Positions 13,136 through 26,197 of a DNA stretch of 64,000 nucleotides are shown here, in pieces (positions within the stretch are counted from its first letter, which is position 1; each line of letters starts with the position of its first letter). The position numbers were made by a program, and so were the translations under genes. The DNA is taken from assembly GCF_009914755.1 (NCBI RefSeq), contig NC_060932.1; one strand, given 5' to 3'. The notes beneath the pieces are model-generated. The model searched no databases, had not been told where the DNA came from, and saw nothing but the letters and a program-made list of their open reading frames with translations. This DNA is from the human T2T-CHM13v2.0 reference genome, Homo sapiens.

Positions 13136-13445
13136 TTTTTTTTTTTTTTTTTTTTTTTTTGAGATGGAGTCTTACTCTGTCACCCAGACTGGAGTGCAGT
13201 GGCGCAATCTTGGCCCACTGGAAGTTCTGCCTCCTGGGTTCATGCCATTCTCCTGCCTCAGCTTCCCAAGTAGCTGGGACTACAGCACCTCCCCCCACAA
13301 CAATGCCCGGCTAATTTTTTGTATTTTTAGTAGAGATGGGGTTTCATCGTGTTAGCCAGGATGGTCCAATCTCCTGACCTCATGATCCGCCCACCCCAGC
13401 CTCCCAAAGTGCTGGGATTACAGGCATGAGCCACCGTGCCCGGCT
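13136..13445 (-). mobile_element. AluY-like SINE
   Basis: Poly-T followed by a full dimer. Y-type diagnostics ggttcatgccattctcc and gtgttagccaggatgg. Confidence 0.92.
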
Positions 13446-13536
13446 GCAAAATGCCTTTTAATGTCATGATGATATGCTCAGGCTTCCACATTCTGTCCTA
13501 AGTAGCATTTCCACAGGACTACATGCATGTTCCCAC

Positions 13537-13549
13537 TCTCTCTCTCTCA

Positions 13550-13583
<34 letters not shown>
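13537..13583. repeat. (CT)n(CA)n compound microsatellite
   Basis: Read directly from the sequence. Confidence 0.95.
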
Positions 13584-13916
13584 TATTTCTTCACATTCTA
13601 AAAAGCATATTAGATGAGGATGATGGCATCATTTACAGGATTTAGTCGTTTTTAGTAGAAATAACCCCATATTCACATTCTCTAATTCAGTGAACACTAG
13701 TCACCATGGAGGTGAAGCAATGTTCAGTTATGTGGTGTTCCAAGAAGATTAATAAGGGAAGTAAAAACAAAAATAGAAACCAGATTCTTTTGCTATTATG
13801 CAATAAATACAACTGTAAATTCTTTTTCATAGCTTGTATGAATTCATATTAATAGTGTATAGCCAGCAAAAATATGGTTGAAAACACTTCTCAAAATTAT
13901 CCTATGAATCTTTCCT

Positions 13917-14357
13917 TGTGGGCACACTGTGATGTGTTACTCAGATGCCCCGGCAAATAAGAACTCACTGCTGCAGTTATTGAGAAGACTCTGAGCAGAT
14001 GTCTGTCAGCCATTAGCTCCTTCAAGGATTGCCTTAGCTAAGGAAGGTTATCTCCCCAAGCCTGTGCCTCTTCTCAGGGTCCCTCACGTCGAATGACTGA
14101 GCTTTGAGAGATTATAATGGCCTAAAGATTTTGTCCCAACTAAAGACAACTCTGACGGGTCATTCTACCTCCAGAACTTTCCATGGGATTAACCAAGACC
14201 ATCTTGGGTCTACATCACAGTTAAGTAGCTTTCTCTGCCCAATCCTGCTGTCTCTCCCATCTTCCTGGAATGCTGATCCCAAGGGAACTCCCCAATAAAC
14301 ATACTGCATAGTAAATGCCATTAAAGAGTGAGTTTCCCAGGATCCCAAATTGTGGCA
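13917..14357 (+). mobile_element. LTR16-family ERVL solo LTR
   Basis: gacaactctgacgggtcattc..ctctgcccaatcctgct..ctccccaataaacat..gtttcccagga. Confidence 0.8.
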
Positions 14358-14370
14358 TTATCTTTCATTA

Positions 14371-14502
<132 letters not shown>

Positions 14503-15215
14503 TTAGAAGATGTTAATCAAAACAGATCTTCCTCATTTATGTCTTAATAAAAGTTGCGTGCAAGGTTCACTGCAATATAAAAGTTAAGTTTCTCTTTTGA
14601 AATACCCAATAAGGAAGTGCTAAAACTTAGAAAATGCAATCGTTTGCTAGTACTGACAGAGTAACAATGGAACAGCTGCTAATCCAGGGCTATGCTTCTC
14701 TGGCAAGGAGAGGACAAAGGTAATTTTTCCACAAACAGCATTTGATAGATCAAATGTGCTTTTTTGCTTTCTTGGAATCTCCAATCATCCAGGAACACAG
14801 GTGGGATAAGGCAGTAGACACCCAAAATGTAAGAAAAACATTGGTTTATGAACGTATTTAAAAACCACATAAGGTGAACAACAGCAATTTATGTTCAGCA
14901 AAATTCTTAGGCAAAAGTAATTTATGTACCTTCCTTTAAACAGGGACTTACATAAAGCAACTATTAGAATTTGATTCTAATAAATCATTATTATATGATT
15001 CTGTCACATTTTGCCTCAAACCATGCCTATGAAGCAAAGTCGGGTCTAATAAATCTTTTTGCTATTATCAGACAAAATTCCAATATTTCACAAAAAGCAG
15101 AAATGCCATTTCAACGGAATTTGATAATACTATGTGTCATAAAAAGATAAAACGTATAGGCTTTTAAGGGGAAATCCTGAATTTTTTCCAAATTAAAGTA
15201 AAAATCCTTATATCC

Positions 15216-15652
15216 CATTATGTGCTAAATTGTGTCCTCCCCTAAAAAAGATATATTGCCTATATTCTAACCCACAGTCCCTCACAATGTGAACTTATAG
15301 GGAGATAGAGTCTTCACAGAGACAATCAAGTTAAATGAAGTCATTATGGTGGGTCATAATCCAATATGACAGGTGTCCTTACAAAGAGGGGCACAGGGAC
15401 AGACACGCACGGAGGGAACACAGTGTGAAAGACATAGGAGGAAGACCATTGCTAGCTGGAGTGATGCTGCCACAAGCCAAGGAACACCTGGGGCTGACAG
15501 CAGCTGAAAAATGCAAGAAAAGATCCATGCCCTACAGGTCCCAGAGAGAGGAGAGCCTGCCAACACCTTCATTTCAGATTTTTAGCATCCAGAACAGTTG
15601 TTCTAAGCCACTCTGTGTTTCTCTGTTATGGCACCCCCAGGAAACTAATATG
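15216..15652 (+). mobile_element. MLT1C-like MaLR LTR
   Basis: aattgtgtcctcc..ggagtgatgctgccacaagccaaggaacacc..gaaactaata. Confidence 0.85.
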
Positions 15653-16591
15653 TAACCCCAAACTTTTAAAAATTGATTTTGGTATTTTCTTATTTTTTAA
15701 GATTCTCTTGACCCTTCAGTTATGTGATTTGACACCATATTACACACATACACACACACACACACACACATTTATGTCTACTTGTGAGAATCCATTTGTA
15801 TGGTATTGGTTTCAAAAGCCATACTTGCCATATCATTACTATTTTATAATATTCTACATTTTTATTCTTAAAAAATGCACATTATGTTAAGCGGAAGCAC
15901 TGAACTTTATATAAGAACATGCGCTTGAAGGAAGTTTGGTACAACATCACTTTGAGTAACTGCAAATTTCAGCCTGGGTTTAGGAAGCTAAATTTGAATA
16001 AAGAAACTGATCATTTGTACCAGTTCTAAACAACAATGACTTGTCAGTTAATACAATTTGGTAACTCAAGCATAATATTAATAAAATGCATTTATTTCAC
16101 CCAAACTCTGTCTTCTTTTTAGCTACACTCATATCATAAGTTTCTAACTGGGCAAGTTAATGGCCCCAATTATTAGGTTAAGCAATTTTGGAGGAAGAAA
16201 TCAGAGTGATGCTTTTATTTTTAAAAAGAATTAAGAAATTTTTAAAAGGCATTCTCAGTTTGTAGTAATAATGACTAAGTTTTAAAATACATTCCTCAAG
16301 CATAGTTTAGGTCCTCAGTAAAATATTGGATGTTACACAGTGTTAGTTATTTCAAGATGATCTCATATCCTCCTGCAGACATCACATTCTGCCTGTGTCA
16401 TCACATCATAATCTAAAGGAAAATGATGATTCCCTCAATGGTCATAATATCAAGCTAGGAAATAAGAAGAATAGGAAGTTATCAGTGAAGAGATACTGAG
16501 ATATATGTAAACATATCTCTAGTAATAATCCTCTCTGGCTGGGAAGGCTGAAAGTCCATTAGGAACAGTTATACCTCGTACAAAATGCTAT

Positions 16592-18630
16592 CATTGGAAT
16601 TCCTAGCCAAAGCAATGAAACTAGAGAAAATAAATAAAAAGCATCCAAATTAGAAATGAAGAAATAAAACTATCTCTCTTTGATTATATAATTATATAAC
16701 TAGAAACTCCTCAAGACTTCTCCAAAAGACTTCTAGATTTAATACATTAATTCAATGAAGTCTCAGGTTACAAAATCAATGTACACAAATCAGTAGCACT
16801 GCTATACAGCAACAATGACCAAGCTGAGAATCAAATTAAGAACTCAATCCCTTTTATGATAGCTGCAAAACATAAAATAAAATACCTAGGAATATACTTA
16901 ACCAACAGATGAACAATCTCTACAAGAAGAACTACAAAGCACTGCTGAAAGAAATCACCGATGACACAATCAAATGGAAATATATCCCAAGCTTATGGGT
17001 TGAAGAATCAGTATTATGAAAATGACCATACTGCCTCAAAGCAATCTACAGATTCAACACAATTCCTATCAAAATACCAACAACATTTTTGAAAGAATTA
17101 GAAAAAACAATCCTAAATTTCATATAGAACCAAATAAAGAGCCTCAATAGCCAAAATAATCCTAAGCAAACAGAAAAAATCTGGAGGTATCACATTATCC
17201 AACTTCAAAATATACTATAAGGCTATAATAACCACAAAAGCATGGCACTAGTATAAAAGTAGATACATAGACCAATGAAACAGAATAGAGAACCCTGAAA
17301 TAAAACTGAATACCACTAACTGATCTTCAACAAAACATACAAAAACATAAATTGCAGAAAGGACACCCTGTTCGATAAATGGTGCTGGGAAAACTGGATA
17401 GCCACATGTGGAAGAATGAAGCTGGATCCCTATCTCTCACCATATAAAAACCAACCCAAGACTAATTAAATTTATCTTAAATTTAAGACCTGAAATCATA
17501 AAAATCCTAGAAGAAAACCTAGAAAGAGCTCTTCTGGACAATGTCCTACACAAAGAATTTATGACTGAGACCCCAAAAGAAAAACACAAGCAAATATAAA
17601 TAAATGGGACCTAATTAAAGTAAAAGGCTTCTGCACAGCAAAAGAAATAATAATCAGAGTAAATAGATAACCCACAGAATGGAAGAAAATATTTGCTAAC
17701 TACGCATCCAACAAAGGACTAACATCCACAACCTGTAAGGCACTCAAACAAATCAGCGAGAAAAGAAAAAAACAAGAAATCCCACAAAAAAGGGAGCAAA
17801 TGACACGAATACACATTTCTCAAAAGAAGATATACAAATGGCCAACAAATAGGAAAAAAATGCTCAACATCACTAATCATTAGGGAAATGCAAATTAAAA
17901 CCACAATGAAATACCACCTTATTCATGCTAGAACAGTCATTATTAAAAAGTCAAAAAGCAATAGATGTTGGCATAGATATGGTGGAAAGGCAATGTTTAT
18001 ACACTGCTAGTGGGAACTTAAATTAGAACAATCTCTATGGAGATTTCTCAAAAAAAACTAAAAGTAGATCTACCATTTGATCCAGCAATTCCAATCTGGG
18101 TTTCTACCCAAAGGAAAAGAAGTCATTGTATCAAAAAGACACCTGCACACGTATGTTTACTGCAGCTCTCAATTCACAATTGCAAAGATATAGAACTAAC
18201 CTAAGTGCCCATCAACCAATGAGTGAATAAAATGTGGTAAGCATACACCACATTGAAATACTACTCATGGAATACTACTGAGTTATAAAAAAGAATGAAA
18301 TAATGTATTTTGCAGCAACTTGGATGGAGCTGGAAGCCACTATTCTAATTGAAATAACTCGGGAACGGAAAACGAAACACCCTATGTTCTTACACGTAAG
18401 TGGCAGGTAAGCTATTTATGTCTTCACAAAAGCATACAGAGAGGTATAATTGACAATTGAGATGTGGAAGAGGGGAGAGTGGGAAGAGGGTGAAGGGTAA
18501 AAACTACATATTAGGTACAATGTACAGTCCTTGGGTGATGGTGCACTAAAATCTCAGAGTTTACAACTCTGCAATTCATCCATGTAACCAAAATCACTTG
18601 TACACATAAAGCTATTGAATATTTTTTAAT
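16592..18630 (+). mobile_element. L1PB3/4-like element, 3' ~2 kb (ORF2 C-terminal part plus 3'UTR)
   Basis: Continuous L1 ORF2 homology (caaaatcaatgtacacaaatcagtagcactgctataca..). 3'UTR aaactacatattaggtacaatgtaca..aaagctattgaa. Many stops and frameshifts. Confidence 0.92.
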
Positions 18631-19859
18631 TATTGGAAAAAAGCTATTGCTTGTTAATAAGAGTAACCACAACCATTTTAAACAATCAAAATACTTCCCT
18701 TTGCAGAAAATGGTCCCAGAATAATCTGAGAAATAGACCTATTTTATCAGATCTTCGCTTCTGCAGATTGCTGTGGTCTAATCACTCACAGTTTGGATTC
18801 AACAACAGCACCCACACATAGCTGATGTCCCAAAGATGTCAGGGTATTCACCCAGGTAACCATGAGTCAGGAAAACACAACACTTCAAAGACAATGCATT
18901 GCTTTCTGACTCAATCACAAGACTATTACCCCAGGATAAGAGGGACAAACAACATATTTTCATTGTATTTTAATTAGCATTGTTTTATTTTATGTATTAA
19001 TACAACTTAACATGTTCCAGCTTTCTGTGTTAAATTGATCTTAGAGCCAGGCATACTCACCAAGGTGCTCAGTGCTGCCCATCACAGGAAACCATCCCAA
19101 TGACACCATTTCAATGGTGAGCAAAGTGATTTCCTAATAGCCTTAGGTTGCCTAATAAGTTAATTACATTAATTGGTTTATACTTCCAATCTTGAAATTT
19201 TACTGGTAGATGTAGTTACTACAACTACAATATGTTGTTTTTTGTGCGTTATTGGGGTAGAATACGCAGAAAAGAATATGCTGAAAACAATTTTCTTAGG
19301 AAAGCAGCTATCTCTGGGAGAGAGGTTTGGATGGGGAAGGCAGGGAGAAGTGGCACTGCTATTAGAGTCAGCACATTGAGAGAGAAGCAAATTGAGTAAA
19401 GTGATGTGTAAATTGGGGAATTCTCAATAGAGTCAGAACAATGAGCAATTTCAGAAATCAAAACTACCTATCTGGACATTCATTGTGTTACTACATCCAT
19501 TTTGATGCCTGCAAATCCGTCGAAATCATTAAAGGTGTTCAAAGTTCTTTGTTAAGGAGTGTTTAGCTATTCTCATTCTAGTTATAAATTGCACATCATA
19601 GGTAATCCTGTACTTACCAGTTCATGAAGAACTTTTTGCCATCAAATAACTCTCTCAGCTATATAAAAGCTTAAAATTAAACAACCTTTTAATGTTCTCT
19701 ACAGATCAGAAAAGGATGATGCATTAGACTGTGTCTGGAATAGTCAGAGAAACATTCTGATGGGAAATGACCTTTGATCTGAGTCTTAATGAACTAGCAT
19801 TTCCAGGTGGACAGACTGGGTAAACAAGGAAGGGAGTAAAAGTGAGAAGTTATCAAGGT

Positions 19860-20108
19860 CGTTGTTAAAAGCATGCACTGGTGTCACAGGCAGGTGTTCC
19901 AATTCCAATTTTCCTGTGTCCTGGATGTATTACCAAGGCAAGGACTCTAATTTTCCTTGACTCCCATTTTCCCATATATTAAACAAAGGCTATAAAATAC
20001 GGACCTCCTCAGGTAGCTGAAAGACATAAATGAAATAATGCATGTGATCATAAAGCCTGTGTACCTGAAATATAGTAAGCATTCAATAAGTGTTAGCCAT
20101 CATTATTA
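19860..20108 (+). mobile_element. MIR SINE
   Basis: gttaaaagcatg..aaatgaaataatgcatgt..atagtaagcattcaataagtgttagccatcattatta. Confidence 0.8.
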
Positions 20109-22072
20109 CCCTCACATCAAACTGTGGGCATTCAATTCACCATGTTTTTTTTTTCTAAGAGAAATTAGAACAAAAAGAATATAGATATTAAAATAATAGA
20201 GCTCTGAATTGATATAAAATTTGGAATATTTCCAAAATACTTTTTCAAAAGTAATTATTACATACATTAATGAATCACTATACTACATATATATCAATAA
20301 ATAACCACAGTTATTTAAGTCACTTTCAGCTCTAATCTATAGGAATTTAATGAGATTTTAAACTCTGATTATTGTCAGTACTTGTAGAAAATTTGATTAT
20401 CCTCAATTCATTTTTATTCTTATTTTGTTCTCCTTGCTAGGTCAACCTAGACTTTTATAGTGATCGTAGCCTCACAAAATAAAATCTATTTTTCAAAATT
20501 GAAGTGTTACCTATTAAAGGATAATAGAAAGTCTAAATCAGTTTTTCCAATTTTCTCCCAGCACAATAATGATACAGTTCTCATATTTATTTATTCTTGA
20601 CCTGTCAGGTCGGACTTTATGTTATTGAATTGGCTTTATATTTCTTGCATTAACAGAGGGGATAGAAGCAGAGGACAATGAACTAGACTTAGTAATTTTC
20701 TAACTTAGCCTCAGCGATGACTCAATTACTCTCAGCCAACAATCCTTGAAAACCTACTGTGTGTAAAATTCTCACGAGCTCACAGAAGCTTCTTCAAGTG
20801 ATGTTCTGATATTTATGCAGTTGTAATTGAAATGATTCAAGTAGATTATAAGTCGCTTGAAAAAGTAATTATTTCACTCATTTATTATGCATTTGCATAC
20901 TATCTAATTTTGTGCTACAAATTGGTGCCCTTAAATGAAGACTTACTGAATTAAATTGAATAATAACATACTATCGGTGGCTCTTATTAGGAAAAATTAT
21001 TAGGCAATGAGAAATATAAAGAAATGTTTTGCCAACTCAGACTCACAAGAAGCAGAGACTTTACACAGTATTGCGCTTCATTATCAGTTCAATTTCATAT
21101 ACGTAACTACGAAGCAGAGAGGAAGCATGAAGTCTTGACTCTCCAATACAGCTCTGGACATGCTTATTTGCTGCATGAGGAAGTACCTTAGCCCTGATTT
21201 AGCAAAAGAGCTCTCTCTAAGGATTGCAAGCACCATCACTTATACAAACAAAGCCATTTTGATGATGAATGTTATATTATAGATGCTATAACAGGTCACC
21301 CCAATGAATAGAGAATATTTCGTGCAAAATGGGCCCAGGACTTTTAAGAGCAAGAGCTATGTAATGACCTTGAGCTCTACTCCTTTAGAGGATTATGGAT
21401 ATGATTCTATCTAAGGACACATACCTTAAGTGAGTCTATTTCTACGTAAGTATATTTGAGGGAGCATCATTTGTTACTTTGTGTCAAAATCCCTTAGGCT
21501 ATATTTGACATGACAACTTATTAAAAGCAATTTCTTGTTTTAAGGTATAAAGAATTATCACTCACTTAAGAACAATGTGTCTTTGATGCAAACAACTTCC
21601 TAATATAAATTTTCTTCCCTGGAAAAAAAAAATCCATACCTAAGTATTTACTTTTCTTCCTTCCTCATTTAATTCAAGCCTGTACAAATGTCACTTACTG
21701 CAGAGATATGTCCCCATCTAAAATAGTAATCCATCATTCATTATCAGTTCCCTTACTTTATCTTCTGTCTTATAGCACTTCTCAAGACCTGAAAGTGTAG
21801 CATTTATTTATTTGTTTACTTGTTATAGTCTCCCTCCTCAGCTAGTGTGCATGAAGGAGAAACCTAAAAAGTGCTTATAAATTAGCAGATGTTTCATAAA
21901 TATTTCCAGAAGAAATAAATGGATTCTCATCAAAAGAACATAGCAGGTGCACTAAGTCTGTGGGTTTCTTCTGTCGGCTTTTCTGGAGGCATAGTTTTGA
22001 AAGACCAACTTTTTTAAGTTTAAGATTTAATTGACGTTTAGAGCAATATATTTTGCAGATAATATTTATTGG

Positions 22073-23503
22073 TGTGGTAGACTGCATAAGGGCCCTCCAA
22101 AAATCTACATCCTAATCCTCAGAATCTATGAATATGTTACTTTACATGGCAAAAGAGGCTTTGCAGTATGATTAAGTTAAGGATCTTGAGATGTAGAAAT
22201 TATTCTGTATTATCTGGGTGGGCCCCATGTAGTTTCAAGGGTCCTTATGAGAGAAAGGTAGGAGGATCTGTCAACAAAGCGAGTCAAACTGTAAAATATT
22301 TAAAGAGGCTTATTCTGAGCCAAATATGATTGACTAAGGCCCATGACACAGCCTCAGGAGGTCCTGAGAACATGTGTCCAACATGATTGCACTATAGTTT
22401 GGTTTTATACATTTTAGGGAGACATAACATAGCCATCGATACATGTAAGGTATACATTGGTTTGTTCTAGAAAGGTGGGACAACTCGAAGGTTGGGGGGG
22501 CGGGGGTCGTGGGGGAGGGTGGGTTCCAGTCAGAGGTGGATTCAAAGATTTTCTGACTGGCAATTAGTTGAGAGAGTTAAGTTATTATCTAAAGACTTGG
22601 AATCAATAGAAAGGAGTGTCCGGGTTGAGATGAGGAGCTGTGGAGACCAAGGTGCTTATTACGCAAATGAAATCTCCAAGTATTAGGCTTCAGAGAGAAT
22701 ACGTGGGAAATGTTTCCAATCAGATCTAAAAAGGTACCAAACACTTAATCTCTCCTGGATCAAGAAACATCCTGTAAAGGGTCTACATGTAGAGAATCTA
22801 CGTTCTCTACTGAATGTAGATTTTTCCCAGAAAAGACAGCTTAGCAGGACCATTTCAAAGTAGGTAAAAGAAATATATTTGGGGGTAAAATACTTTGATT
22901 TCTTTCAGGGCCTGCTATGTGTCATGTGATGCTGTACCAGAGTCAGGTTGGATTTTGGTATCTTATTGCTAGAGAGTCTGTTTAGTCAGTCTTAAGATCT
23001 CTGTTTTAATGTTAATGATCAGTTGTCCCCGAACTCCAAAGACAGGAGAGTATAATGAGACACATCTGACCTCTCCTTCCCATCATGGCCAGAACTAGTT
23101 TTTCAGGTTTCCTTTGGAATGCCCTGGGCCAAGAGGAGAGGTTCATTCAGTTGACTGGGGGGCTTAGAATCCTATTTTTGGCTTACAGTTCAAAGACAGT
23201 AAATGTAATCTGACAATACAAGCAAAGAGAGAGGACAGAGAGATTAGAAGTTGATACGCTGCTATGTTTAAATGTGGACTAAGAAGCCACCTACTGAAAA
23301 CTATGGATAGGAAGGTGGCAAAGGCAAGGAAGCTGAGTCTCCCCTAGAGCCTCCAGAGCAATCAGTTCTGCTTACACCTGGACTTTAGCCCACTGACTGA
23401 TTTTAGACCTCTGACTTTCAGAACTGTAAAATAATAAATGTGTATTATTGTCATCCACTAAGTTTATGGTAATTTGTTGGAACAGTTACAGAAAACTAAT
23501 ACA
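22073..23503 (+). mobile_element. MLT1D MaLR LTR split by a MER4 LTR (halves 22073-22268 and 23188-23503)
   Basis: tgtggtagac..gaatatgttactttacatggcaaaag.. and cccctagagcctccag..gaaaactaataca. 5-bp TSD attgg/attga. Confidence 0.88.
22269..23187 (-). mobile_element. MER4D-like ERV1 solo LTR
   Basis: Right end ggggcttagaatcctatttttggcttaca is the reverse complement of the MER4 start TGTAAACCAAAAATAAAATTCTAAGCCCC. TG..CA termini, ~919 bp, 4-bp TSD gatc/gttc. Confidence 0.85.
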
Positions 23504-23795
23504 ATTGATAAATTCTGTTGATCACATACAACATTCCCAAGAATTTCTGGACAGATTTTTTTTTCTTCTTAATTTAAAGTCCTAGATACTTGGGAAGGTG
23601 AAAACAAACTGTGTGAGAAAACAACCCTCATGAAATCTACATATAGCAAATTTGCTTTATGGCAACTTCACATTTAGTGCTAGCTGGTTGTTGATGAGAA
23701 ACAGGGAAAAATCCTAAAGATTCTTGTTCTTTCTGCTTGTGGTAGGAAAGGAATCTAAAATTCTCAATTCTTGTTTAAACGTGATCTTAAGTCCA

Positions 23796-24100
23796 ATATT
23801 AGTTTGATAGGACAGCTATAACAAAGTCCCATAAACTGGGTGATTTAGAACACAAAAATTTATTGTCTCACAGTTCTGAAGGTTAGATGTCCAAAATCAA
23901 GGTATCTGCAGGGCACATTTCCTGTGAAAGATCCCAGTAAGGGTCTTTTTCAGGCCCCTCTCCCAGCTTTTGGTAGCACCAAGTATTCTTTGGTTTGTAG
24001 ATGAATCACTCCAGTCACAAGGCTGTTCAATTCTTGTGTCTTCAGTTTTTTTCCTCTGTAGGCCTGTCTCTGTATCCCAATTTCCTCTTTTATAAGGACC
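23796..24100 (-). mobile_element. MLT1B/C-like MaLR LTR fragment
   Basis: tattagttt..ctataacaaa..aatttattgtctcacagttctg..tccaaaatcaaggt..cttttataaggac. Confidence 0.8.
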
Positions 24101-24599
24101 AATTATTCATTTTCAAAGAGCTATGGTATATCAGTATAACTTGACATCTAAATAAAGAAACATTTAATGCATACCATAAGGCATTATGCATTTATTTATG
24201 CACCACAAAGGCATATGTATTTATTTCTAACTCTCATTCTATTCCAGGACATGATGTAAACAATATTTAAACATAGAAACGTTTTTTATCTCACATTTTA
24301 GTATCTCAATTTAGTTTCTGAAATGAGGAAAAGAAAAAAATGAGATGAATTTCATTTAACTTCATTCAATAAAAATTGTGTCATTCCTTCTTTTAAATGC
24401 ACAGACTCAAATTTTATTTTCAGAGATAATGAGTAAGCCACAATTGCAAAGGTGATTATAATCAATTTGGACTGGTAACAAAATCAGGTGGTCAGAGAGA
24501 AGCTGAACTCATTTACAATAATGAATCAACTCAATGATGATCATTTCTGAATAACTGCATTCCGGTATCCAACACTTGAAAGGGAATATAAATTACTAT

Positions 24600-24810
24600 C
24601 ATGTGCTTACTATAAGAGGCTTCTATCAGCATTATTGCCTCTACATTAGAGACCATTAAAATGCTTATTTTAAACTAAGGAAACCGACGCGGAGGAAAAT
24701 TAGTTAACCTGTCCAACCCACATAGATTGTAAGAGCTGAAGGGAAGATTTGAACCCATATGTGATGCTAGAGTTTGTATTCTTAACCACTATAACATACT
24801 GGCTCCCATA
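24600..24810 (-). mobile_element. MIR SINE
   Basis: aaggaaaccgacgc..gttaacctgtccaa..gatttgaaccc..ttcttaaccacta. Confidence 0.75.
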
Positions 24811-26197
24811 TATCCCATAGCTAGATAAAGTATTATTATATACCTGAATATCTTCTCTGTAAGCTTTGGGCAGAGTCAGAGTTAATATGCTTTGCACACA
24901 GACTCACATAGGCTCCCAGACTCTCCAAGCCCTTTCTTACCCATCCTCCTTCTTTTCTTTCTCACTCACTGACAATGGAATATAACAATTGCAGTGGATT
25001 CCTGGGGGGATTCAAGTGGTCCTGAACTAAGAAAAAAACAAAAATATAAACCACCCATTTCCAATGATAAAGATTTAAAACTTAATTTACACTTCATACA
25101 AATCAATAATTTTAGTCTTATTACACTAATGTGTAGCATAAGCTTATCCAACTAAATCACAGTAGAAAATCTATGGACAGAATATGTGCTAATGTGATCT
25201 TTGCAAACTCCGTCTTCTTGGAAGTACATGTCTTCTGTCTGAGTAGAGTTGAACTATCACTTCACTCTTCTTAATAAAATCAGTTCAATATCAGATAATA
25301 ATTTGGAGAATTTGGAGAAAACCTGTGAAAAACAAGGTTTGTTCTATGTTGTATCACAGCTCTAGTTCTTATAACTTGGCAGGTTAGTTTTTTTATACTA
25401 AAGATCACAATTTTTGGTGTTAAAAATATAAGCTAACAAATTAATATCTCCTTATATATTATGATTGTACAACATTTTAAAAGACTAAATCATCAAATAC
25501 TGAAATTCAAATTAATAATACAAAATAAGTTGTGAAATCCAAAGGTCTTTGTTTATATAACTAAAATATATATGTATATATGTATGTGTGTGTGTACACA
25601 TATATATATGTCAAGACAATAGTGCCATTGCTGTATATTTTTCTAATTAAAAATCTAGCAGTTGCCCTTTATTTATCTGTGTTGAGTTTCCTGGCTATGA
25701 AGCTACGTTAACACTGACCTAGATCAATACACCTCAGCAAAACCCTGTAAGCAACAAGCTTAGAAAGGAATTGTGTTTTTACTATTGACTTCAGAATAAA
25801 TCTCCTAATTTCTTAGCTGAAGCAAACACTTATTTAACAAAAGCTGAGAATACAGTTGTGTTGTTTCTTAAAACAATGCAACCAAATAGAAGTATTTTTA
25901 CTATAAAATTCTCCAATTCTATTTTAATAAATATGTGCCAGACTTAAAACAAAGTAATCCAGTGGGTCAAGATTATATGTATGAAGTATTTAAATAATGC
26001 AACTATTTTTCTAATTATAAAAGCAAATCATGTTTTGACAGGGTTTGAAAATATTAAAATTATAAATAAGACAGTCATCTAGAAAAAGTTTTATATAGTC
26101 ACAATATTTGGCATTACAAAACAGAAACAACTTTGCATAAATTTATTTTAATAGCTTTGGCCTCAGTGAAAAATGTCTTAGAGCCCAAGGCCAGAAC

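Noticed and set aside
13026-13355. ORFs with [13 protein letters not shown].. (also 35838-36140 and 38557-38866)
   Set aside because: These are standard Alu translation artefacts.
16592-18630. Potentially active L1 reverse transcriptase
   Set aside because: 5'-truncated, old L1PB with many stops and frameshifts.
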